From NCBI GenBank assembly GCA_945865645.1, contig CAMBEI010000003.1, positions 8,308 through 72,307 of the forward strand: 64,000 bases of DNA, read 5' to 3'. Every line of letters starts with the position of its first letter. Within the stretch, counting starts at the first letter, position 1. The notes beneath the pieces were generated by a model. That model was given only the letters and a program-made list of their open reading frames with translations. It made no database searches and was not told where the DNA came from. Below are positions 9,018-16,880 of this stretch, piece by piece. Source of the stretch: Chitinophaga pinensis. Its GTDB lineage: Bacteria; Bacteroidota; Bacteroidia; Chitinophagales; Chitinophagaceae. The position numbers and the translations under genes were made by a program.

Positions 9018-10574
9018 TTGAATTATAAAAATAAAACATGGTTGCTGATTATCATTGCAACAGTTGTACGCTATATTACGGCCTGCAGTGTTGAACTGGG
9101 CAATGATGAAGTGTATTACAGGATGTATGCACAATATCTTCAGTGGAATTATTTTGATCATCCACCCATAGCAGGCTGGCTGATTCGTTTTACAACAGCC
9201 AACCTTTTTTTTGATCATGAATGTTTCATTCGCCTGGGTGCCATCATTTCGGCAGCTATTACAACCTGGTTTATTTTTTTAAGTGGCAAAAAACTGAATA
9301 ATGAATACACAGGTTTTTTGGCAGCGGTCATATATACCTGTAGTATCTACGGAAGTATCATTGCAGGTACTTTTATTTTGCCCGATTCGCCTCAAATGAT
9401 CTGCTGGTCAGCGGGATTGTATGTATTGATTGGACTGACCAGATACAGACATATTAACAGCACAAAAAAAAGAGACCTTTTACTATTTGGTTTTATTGCA
9501 GGCATTGGTATGCTGTGCAAAATACATACAGCATTTTTATGGCTGGGTTTACTATTGTATATCTTGGTGTATAACAGACAATGGCTTAAAGAACCTGCAC
9601 TATATATTTCAGCCATCATTTCCATAGCCTTATTTTACCCGGTAATAAAATGGAATATTGACACTCATTTTGTAACCTACCTGTACCATAGCAAAAGGGT
9701 TGCTGTAGCCAACAGCGGAATAGATATCAACTCCTTTTTAACTTTTAGCGGCGGACAAATATTTTATACCAATCCTGTTATTTTCTTCTTAATCATAGGC
9801 TCAACGATTGCTGCCTTTAAAAATAATTTACCAGTTTCGGTATTTCAAAAAAGATTATTGTTATTTACCAGTTTACCGCTTATTATACTTGCCACTTTTA
9901 TTTCACTATTTAAAAATGTACTTCCGCATTGGACCGGCCCTGCATACTGTGGCCTTATATTATTAACAGCTTGTTACCTCAGTAAGATAAGCTTGACAAC
10001 TGTCTTTGAAAAAACATGGATGCCAAAAATTTTGGTGATTGCCTGTATTTTTCAAATGGTTATCATTATTGCAGGAATTTTACTGATCAACTTTATACCC
10101 GGTACCTTAGGTAAAAAAGAAAAAATACATTTGGGTGAAGGTGATTTTACATTAGACATGTATGGTTGGGGAAATCTGAAAACGCAATTCAAAAAAATAG
10201 CTGAGGCTGATTTAAAAAGGGGTAGTATGAAAAAAGAGGCTGTTATCATTTGTAATAAATGGTTTCCGGCATCGCATATCGATTTTTATGCAGCCATGCC
10301 TTTAAATAAAGATCTGGTTGCCCTTGGTGATACCAATGATATACACCAGTATGCCTGGATAAACAATGAACGCAAAAAACTAAAATCCGGAGATGAGGCT
10401 TATTGTATAGTGCCGTCTAACTATTATGTGGATGTAAAAACAGTTTATGCAGGTTATTTTGAAACCATAGAGCTTCCGCAGATTATTGAACAGAAAAGGA
10501 ATGGCGAAATTTGTCGATATTTTTATATCTGGCGAATGAAAAAATTTATTGAAAAACAAAAGCCTCGTACTTAA
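9018..10574 (+). CDS. ArnT/PMT-like (GT39/GT83-type) membrane glycosyltransferase
   Basis: DEVYY, YFDHPP..GWLI, PDSP, KIH, HW motifs; multi-TM; TTG start. Confidence 0.9.
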   Translation: MNYKNKTWLLIIIATVVRYITACSVELGNDEVYYRMYAQYLQWNYFDHPPIAGWLIRFTTANLFFDHECFIRLGAIISAAITTWFIFLSGKKLNNEYTGFLAAVIYTCSIYGSIIAGTFILPDSPQMICWSAGLYVLIGLTRYRHINSTKKRDLLLFGFIAGIGMLCKIHTAFLWLGLLLYILVYNRQWLKEPALYISAIISIALFYPVIKWNIDTHFVTYLYHSKRVAVANSGIDINSFLTFSGGQIFYTNPVIFFLIIGSTIAAFKNNLPVSVFQKRLLLFTSLPLIILATFISLFKNVLPHWTGPAYCGLILLTACYLSKISLTTVFEKTWMPKILVIACIFQMVIIIAGILLINFIPGTLGKKEKIHLGEGDFTLDMYGWGNLKTQFKKIAEADLKRGSMKKEAVIICNKWFPASHIDFYAAMPLNKDLVALGDTNDIHQYAWINNERKKLKSGDEAYCIVPSNYYVDVKTVYAGYFETIELPQIIEQKRNGEICRYFYIWRMKKFIEKQKPRT

Positions 10575-10672
10575 TTAACGGAGGTTTTGATTTACTAACC
10601 TTTAACAACAGGAAAAGGAGCATCATAAAAATGAAACGATTTTTTGCCAGGCTTTTATACGCCATGATGCAG

Positions 10673-12067
10673 TTATAATATTATTTTTTCACTTTCTTCA
10701 TTCCGGCACTCTTTTGAAGCTGCCAATGCATTTTTTAGAAAACAGCTATACCAGCTTCCCGAATTTTTTACAGTTCTTTTTTGTGTCTTAAAATCTACGC
10801 TAACGAGTCCAAATTTTGGATAATACCCTTCTGCCCATTCAAAATTATCCATCAGGGTCCATACAAAATAACCGTTTACCTTTACCCCTTCTCTTTTTGC
10901 CAGTAAAACCTGCGCAATATAATCCTGCAAAAACCGTACCCTTTTAAAATCTTCAACCCGGTATTCTTCAAAACTATCATTAAATGCTGCACCATTTTCG
11001 GTAATTATTATTTCTTTTATCTCTTTGTAATTGTGCAGTCGTTTTAATGCATTGTATATACTGGGTGGATAAACTTCCCAATCCATCAATGTATGTTCTA
11101 CATTTCTTTTGCTGGCTTTAATAATCTTTGCTTTTACAAATGGCATCAGCGGGGCATAACTTACAAACTCTCGGGTGTAATTCTGCAGACCAATAAAATC
11201 CATTTCGAAGGCCAGTTTTTTTTCGTCGTTCGGATGCATGAAACGTTCAATTCGATCCAGTATTTTTAAATCAGCCGTTGGGTAACCAAGTCCCAGTAAG
11301 GGTTCAATAAACATACGGTTAATCAGTGCATCTACTTTTGCTGCAGCTTTTACATCCTTTTCATTATTATACCGGTAAGGCTCTATATGTGAATATGAAA
11401 AAGTAGTTCCAACTTTACATTCTCCCCTTAGTGATTTTATAATTCTTCCGCCCTCGGCCTGGCATATAGCAGCATGATGGGCTGCAGCCAAAAAACTGCT
11501 TAACCCTTTTTTGCCTGGTGCATGTACGCCCAAAAAATACCCGGCACCGGTAAATACCATTGGCTCGTTAAGTACCATCCAGTACTTTACGCGGTCGCCA
11601 AAATACTTAATACAGCAATCCACAAAATAGCTGAACCAGTGTATTACTTCCCGGTTGACCCAGCCCCCTTTTTGCTGCAGGGCTTCTGGCAAATCCCAGT
11701 GGTACAGGGTTATCCAGGGCTCAATACCAAGCTCTAAACAAAAATCAATTACCCGGTTGTAAAAATCAATGCCCTTGTGATTTACAGCACCAATGCCATT
11801 TGGTAAAATACGGCTCCATGAAATTGAAAACCGGTGATTGGGAATGTTAAGTTTGTATATGAGTGCAATATCCTCTGCATAGTGTTTGTAATAATCACAG
11901 GCGATATTACCGTTATCATTATTGAAAATTTTTTTCTTCTTCCCGGTAAAACTGTCCCAAATAGAAGGGCCTTTCCCATCGGCATTATGACCACCTTCTA
12001 TCTGGTATGCTGCAGTTGAAACACCCCATTTAAAATCCTCTCCAAAATCATTTCTTGTAAAAAGCAT
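10673..12067 (-). CDS. GH1 beta-glucosidase
   Basis: WGVSTAAYQIEG, RFSISWSRI, TLYHWDLP, NEP acid/base, ITENG nucleophile, DNFEWAEG. Confidence 0.95.
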   Translation of the reverse strand: MLFTRNDFGEDFKWGVSTAAYQIEGGHNADGKGPSIWDSFTGKKKKIFNNDNGNIACDYYKHYAEDIALIYKLNIPNHRFSISWSRILPNGIGAVNHKGIDFYNRVIDFCLELGIEPWITLYHWDLPEALQQKGGWVNREVIHWFSYFVDCCIKYFGDRVKYWMVLNEPMVFTGAGYFLGVHAPGKKGLSSFLAAAHHAAICQAEGGRIIKSLRGECKVGTTFSYSHIEPYRYNNEKDVKAAAKVDALINRMFIEPLLGLGYPTADLKILDRIERFMHPNDEKKLAFEMDFIGLQNYTREFVSYAPLMPFVKAKIIKASKRNVEHTLMDWEVYPPSIYNALKRLHNYKEIKEIIITENGAAFNDSFEEYRVEDFKRVRFLQDYIAQVLLAKREGVKVNGYFVWTLMDNFEWAEGYYPKFGLVSVDFKTQKRTVKNSGSWYSCFLKNALAASKECRNEESEKIIL

Positions 12068-12071
12068 AAAC

Positions 12072-13160
12072 TTATTCCCCCAGTTGATTTAATATTTTCC
12101 CTAGGCTTTTTTCTTTTAATTTTTTAATTGAATAAACTCCATCTCCTAATTCTACAGATTTTTTATTATCCGTATTATGATGTTTTTTTATGATCATGTT
12201 AATGATCCGTTGCGTAGTATCCGGGTAGTTCACAATGATTTGCTGATCTGATGCTACCCAATCTTTAATAGTATCCAGGTATTTTTTCTTAAGACTTTTT
12301 ATAACCGGAACGCTCATTGTTTTTAATGCCGCCGCATTGCATTGCTGCTCGTACTGCCCTTTCATGGGTATTACTATCAGTTTCTTTTTTAAAAAGAGGG
12401 CTTCTGCGGGTGTTTCAAAACCGGCGCCACATAACACACCTGTGCAGTTAATAAAGCTTTCGATAAATGCTTCATTATTGATAGGTCTGATATGGATTTT
12501 TTTTACAGAGTATTCTTTTTTTGTATGCTTACTGAACACCTGCCAGTTTATATTTTTTATTTCACCCAGCACTTTAATAATTTTTTCATCGCTGTAGGCA
12601 GGCAAGTAAACAGTATAATGACTTTTATTTTCAGGTTTACTCTCTCGCATCTGGTTTCGAATTACAGGTGTAAAAATATTTTTATCATAAGCGCCAAAAT
12701 GAAAACCGTAGGCCGCCGTAACGGGTGCATAATTATTAAGCACTGCTTTGCCAACGATATCTTTCTTTTTGGGTTTGGGCGATTTTTTGTTGATCACTGC
12801 AGCCTGGTGGCTAAGTCCCACACATTCCTTATTTTGCATTTTACAGGCCCAGGCGCTTACCGGTTCAAAATCATTTATCACCAGGTCGTAATCTGCTATG
12901 GACAAGCTTTTTATTTCTTTGTACAGTTGTCTCAAATTACTTTTTCGGTAAGTGGCAATCAAATCGATGCCGCCGTTTTTTCCAAAAATAAAACTCAGCC
13001 CCTTAAACCTGTATTTTACAGGATAAGGCAAAACCACATCTGCCTGTATGCCACTCACTAAAATATCTAGCTCTCCTTTTTGCTGCAGTATAGGAATTAT
13101 ATCTCTGGCCCTGCTTAAATGTCCGTTACCAGTACCTTGTATAGCATAAAGTATCTTCAT
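12072..13160 (-). CDS. GT-B glycosyltransferase (MJ1255/VC2487-like)
   Basis: MKILYAIQGTGNGHLSRA, NDFEP, GAGFETPAEAL, GQYEQ..NA motifs; TAATG coupling to the upstream gene. Confidence 0.88.
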   Translation of the reverse strand: MKILYAIQGTGNGHLSRARDIIPILQQKGELDILVSGIQADVVLPYPVKYRFKGLSFIFGKNGGIDLIATYRKSNLRQLYKEIKSLSIADYDLVINDFEPVSAWACKMQNKECVGLSHQAAVINKKSPKPKKKDIVGKAVLNNYAPVTAAYGFHFGAYDKNIFTPVIRNQMRESKPENKSHYTVYLPAYSDEKIIKVLGEIKNINWQVFSKHTKKEYSVKKIHIRPINNEAFIESFINCTGVLCGAGFETPAEALFLKKKLIVIPMKGQYEQQCNAAALKTMSVPVIKSLKKKYLDTIKDWVASDQQIIVNYPDTTQRIINMIIKKHHNTDNKKSVELGDGVYSIKKLKEKSLGKILNQLGE

Positions 13161-14017
13161 TATTGTTTCATCAGGTTAAATTCTTCCACCATATTATCAA
13201 ATAGCTCAGCATTATTAAGCTCTTCTTCTTCGCAACTAAATTCAAACAATTGCTTCATTTCATTTTCATTGTATCGGTAAATCTTCCATTCACCATTACT
13301 GTGCTCAAGTGAAGTTAAATTTTCAATCCAATCACCACTATTTAGGTATATTATCTTTCCGTGTTCATTTTCAATTGTACGTATTTCGGGCTGATGTATA
13401 TGTCCGCAAACAACATAATCGTATTGATTGCTGATACCTATATCTGCAGCCGTTTGTTCAAAACTGTTAATGAATTTTACTGCGCCTTTCACACTGTTCT
13501 TTATTTTTTTAGATAAAGAAAGTTTACCTTTTTTAAATATTTTTTCAGAAATAAAATTAGCAAGGTGGTTAATGTGTATCAGGGTATCGTAACCAACAGC
13601 TCCTAGCTTTGCCAGCCATTTACTGTGCTGCATAGTTACATCAAACACATCGCCATGAAAAAACCAGGCTTTTTTCCCATCATCCAGTTCCAGTATTACT
13701 TTATTTACAATTTTAAGAGAGCCCATTTTAAAACCAACAAACTTGCGTAGCATTTCATCATGGTTGCCTGTAATGTAGTATATCTTAACCCCTTTACTCA
13801 TCCAATGCATTAATTGTTTTATAACCTTCATATGGCTCTTGGGCCAGTATCGTTTGCTGAACTGCCAGATATCAATAATATCGCCGTTAAGTATTACCGT
13901 TTTGGGCTTTATTGTTTTAAAATAGAGCAACAACTCTTTTGCATGGCATCCGTAAGTTCCCAAATGCACATCCGACAAAACAAGTATATCCAACTTCCGC
14001 TTTTTTATTTTATCCAT
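13160..14017 (-). CDS. Metallophosphoesterase, LpxH-like superfamily, most similar to PlcP-type intracellular phospholipase C
   Basis: SDVHLG, GDIIDIW, GNHDE, HGDVFD, CGHIH, NSGDWIE motifs; KRYWPKSH and WLAKLGAVGYD segments resemble PlcP; adjacent glycosyltransferase. Confidence 0.8.
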   Translation of the reverse strand: MDKIKKRKLDILVLSDVHLGTYGCHAKELLLYFKTIKPKTVILNGDIIDIWQFSKRYWPKSHMKVIKQLMHWMSKGVKIYYITGNHDEMLRKFVGFKMGSLKIVNKVILELDDGKKAWFFHGDVFDVTMQHSKWLAKLGAVGYDTLIHINHLANFISEKIFKKGKLSLSKKIKNSVKGAVKFINSFEQTAADIGISNQYDYVVCGHIHQPEIRTIENEHGKIIYLNSGDWIENLTSLEHSNGEWKIYRYNENEMKQLFEFSCEEEELNNAELFDNMVEEFNLMKQ

Positions 14018-14176
14018 TAATGGACTTTAAAAAATTTCAATGGCGAATAAAAAGCTGAAAGCATGGGCAGAAAAATTCTTACAGAAAGTTGCAGAAAAAA
14101 ATATTGAATATTTTTCATGACGTAAGATTATGGGTTACTAATTATTGTAAAGTGAAGCAATGTATGTAACCAAATG

Positions 14177-14203
14177 TTTATGCTAATGTTACGCGAGTGT
14201 TAA
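14177..14203 (-). promoter_or_regulatory. Pho-box-like array (proximal) for the phosphoesterase operon
   Basis: + strand TTTA 14177, GTTA 14188, GTTA 14199 (TAAH on - strand); TTTG on - strand 17 nt downstream of the 14188 unit. Confidence 0.55.
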
Positions 14204-14233
14204 GTTTGGATATTGTATAAAAAACAGGGCAGT

Positions 14234-14282
14234 TTTATCAAATTGTTATTTAATTGTTAGCATAACTTTATAAAAAAGTTAA
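14234..14282 (-). promoter_or_regulatory. Pho-box-like array (distal, 5 units)
   Basis: + strand TTTA 14234, GTTA 14245, GTTA 14256, TTTA 14267, GTTA 14278; exact 11-nt period. Confidence 0.65.
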
Positions 14283-14351
14283 CTATTTGTAATAGCAGTC
14301 TTTGTATTGTTTTGTCAACAATATTTGCAGTAATTATAAAAGATACTGTTT

Positions 14352-16772
14352 ATGTACAAATCCACCCGCATCTTCATAAGATTTTTTCTTTTGAATTTAT
14401 TTGTTATTTTGATGAGTAACCTAAGCTGGGCTCAATTGTATTGGAGAACTGACGGTACAGCTGGAACATGGACATCAACAAACTGGGGGTTATCTGCTTT
14501 GCCAACCGGTGGTACCGCCTGGACTTCGGAATCAAATACTATTTTTAATGCAAATTCGACTGTAACCTTTGCTACTGCAAGTATTGGGAATTTAACTGTT
14601 AATAATGGTTTTACTGTTACTATTTCGCCAGCAGGAACATTAGCAACAACAGCAGCAAGAACATTTGATATCGGAACAGGTAGTACTTTAACTTGGACTA
14701 CTCAAAATTGGTCAACTAGTGCAAGCAGTGCTGGTGTCATAAAAAGTGGAGCAGGAACTTGGAATACAGGTGCATCAGGTAATGCTTTCAACGCAACCAA
14801 CTTTGGATTTACTATAAACGCAGGAACTGTGATTGTTAGTGGGAATAATTCATTTGGGGGGTCAAATAGTGTTTTAACTTTAGCTGGTGGTACGATACAA
14901 TCTTCAAGTACAAGAGCTTTTCCAAATAACATAACATTAACTGGTAATCATACACATACTGGTACTGGTAACGCTACATTCTCAGGAACAGTTGGTTTAG
15001 GCGCAGCTACTAGAACAATTACCAATTCAACAACAAGTGGAAGTAGGATATTTTCAGGTATTATTTCTGGAACTTCTGGTTCAGGTTTAATCTTTGCTGG
15101 GGGTGGCGCAGGGCAAATTTATGTAGGCAATGCAAGTAATTCATTTACAGGTACAATAACAATAAATGGTGGCGAAGTTGGATTTGCAAGCGATGGTGCT
15201 TTTGGAAATGCTAACAATACCATTGTAATTGATGGAGGAAGATTAACTTCTTCTTCAACAGCCGGTGCGGCTATTACTTCAACTTGGTCAACTACTCATA
15301 GTATTCAATTAGGTCAAACAGCAGGTACCTCAATAAGCGTTCAATCTAGTACTGGTAATTTAACTTATAATGGTGTGTTATCAGACAAAACATCAAATAC
15401 AGGTATTTTGGTAAAACAAGGTTCAGGTACTTTAAGATTAGGAGGTGTTAGTACATATACTGGTGCAACTTCAATTAATAATGGTACTTTACAATTAATT
15501 ACTGGCAATGATAGATTACCTATAAGTACAGTTTTAAATTTAGGACAAGCTGCAAGTACAAATTTAGGGATATTTGATTTGAATGGGTTTAACCAAACAA
15601 TAGCTGGATTAAATACAACAACAGGTATTGCTATTACAGGTAATAATAGCATTACCTCTACTACAGCAGCTACTTTAACCATTAGTAGTTCTACAAGTAA
15701 TAGCTTTGGTAGCACACTTGCTGCTAATCCTGGAACAATTGGCGGAGCAATTTCAATTGTAAAATCTGGAATCGGAACTCAAACATTTGGAGGAGCAAAT
15801 ACCTATACAGGAAATACAACAATAACCGCGGGTGAATTAAGATTAAATCCTTCTGTTAATACCAGTTTACCCGGCTCGCTGATCATGAATGGCGGTATAC
15901 TGGGCACTTCAGACATTACTGCAACAAGAACGCTTACTTTCTCTTCTTTTGACCTGGCTGATAATTCAAATATTGACCTGAACCCATCAAGCGACCATAC
16001 TATTTCGTTTACGACTGCAGGCATAATTACAGCAGGTAAAATGTTAACCATTTACGGATGGCAAGGCACAGCCGGTGCATCCGGAACAAATGGAAAAATT
16101 ATATTTGGTTCATCTGCAGCAGCATTAACAGCAGGCCAGTTAGCGCAAATACAATTTAACAGTGGCAGCATCAGCAGCCCTGGTACAAATTCTCCTGCAA
16201 TCATACTTGCTACAGGAGAGATCGTACCATCAGCTATTGTATTGGCTGTTAACTTTGAAAATTTTACTGCAATCAGGCAGGATAATAAAACCGCATTATT
16301 AAACTGGAAAGTTGGACAATCTGATAACCTGCAGTCATTCAAAATCCTTCGCTCTGCCAATGGGCGTGATTTTGTTTCCATTGCTACTGTAAATGCAGTT
16401 AGAACACAAAATATCTATCCTTATACCGACAATAATGCTACAGCAGAAAAAATATATTACCGCATTAAAGCAATAGAGATAAGCACCCAAGAATATGTAT
16501 CTGAAATCCGGTTGGTGAATTTGCAAACAACAGGCATATCGGTACTGGTTTATCCAAACCCGGTTTACAATAATCAATTTACTGTTTCTGTTAATAAAGC
16601 CGGAAATAAAACAGTTCAGATATTTTCGGCTACCGGAGGTTTATTCAGGGAATTTTATTTTACTTACCAGGCAAAAGAAATAAGCACCAGCGAGTGGCCA
16701 AGAGGATATTATTTCATCCGGGTTATTACGGCCGATGGCAAAGCGACCGAAAAAAAAATAATAATTCAATAG
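14352..16772 (+). CDS. T9SS-secreted Thr/Gly/Ser-rich protein with autotransporter-associated beta-strand repeats
   Basis: Signal peptide; repeats KQGSGTLRLGGVSTYTGATSINNGTL and KSGIGTQTFGGANTYTGNTTITAGEL; C-terminal VYPNPV..GYYFIRV..KKIIIQ (type A CTD). Confidence 0.9.
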   Translation: MYKSTRIFIRFFLLNLFVILMSNLSWAQLYWRTDGTAGTWTSTNWGLSALPTGGTAWTSESNTIFNANSTVTFATASIGNLTVNNGFTVTISPAGTLATTAARTFDIGTGSTLTWTTQNWSTSASSAGVIKSGAGTWNTGASGNAFNATNFGFTINAGTVIVSGNNSFGGSNSVLTLAGGTIQSSSTRAFPNNITLTGNHTHTGTGNATFSGTVGLGAATRTITNSTTSGSRIFSGIISGTSGSGLIFAGGGAGQIYVGNASNSFTGTITINGGEVGFASDGAFGNANNTIVIDGGRLTSSSTAGAAITSTWSTTHSIQLGQTAGTSISVQSSTGNLTYNGVLSDKTSNTGILVKQGSGTLRLGGVSTYTGATSINNGTLQLITGNDRLPISTVLNLGQAASTNLGIFDLNGFNQTIAGLNTTTGIAITGNNSITSTTAATLTISSSTSNSFGSTLAANPGTIGGAISIVKSGIGTQTFGGANTYTGNTTITAGELRLNPSVNTSLPGSLIMNGGILGTSDITATRTLTFSSFDLADNSNIDLNPSSDHTISFTTAGIITAGKMLTIYGWQGTAGASGTNGKIIFGSSAAALTAGQLAQIQFNSGSISSPGTNSPAIILATGEIVPSAIVLAVNFENFTAIRQDNKTALLNWKVGQSDNLQSFKILRSANGRDFVSIATVNAVRTQNIYPYTDNNATAEKIYYRIKAIEISTQEYVSEIRLVNLQTTGISVLVYPNPVYNNQFTVSVNKAGNKTVQIFSATGGLFREFYFTYQAKEISTSEWPRGYYFIRVITADGKATEKKIIIQ

Positions 16773-16802
16773 GGATAAAAAGATATTGTAAGTATCAAAT
16801 AC

Positions 16803-16835
16803 TATAAAGAAGGATTTAATTAATCCTTCTTTATA
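16803..16835 (+). terminator. Hairpin terminator (14-bp perfect stem)
   Basis: tataaagaaggatt-taatt-aatccttctttata. Confidence 0.75.
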
Positions 16836-16850
16836 ATCTAGCAACAAATA

Positions 16851-16880
16851 AAAAATCAACACATGAAAAATCAACACATG
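16851..16880 (+). repeat. Exact 15-bp tandem duplication containing the start codon
   Basis: aaaaatcaacacatg twice. Confidence 0.95.

Noticed and set aside
13160-14017. Assignment as LpxH (lipid A biosynthesis)
   Set aside because: Same superfamily, but the operon with a glycosyltransferase, Pho-like arrays and PlcP-like segments favours PlcP. Not excluded without a tree, so no symbol was given.
14430-15860. Possible DNA tandem repeat or CRISPR-like array in the Thr/Gly-rich gene
   Set aside because: Repeats are at the protein level only; no identical DNA repeats with spacers. No CRISPR array seen anywhere in the window.
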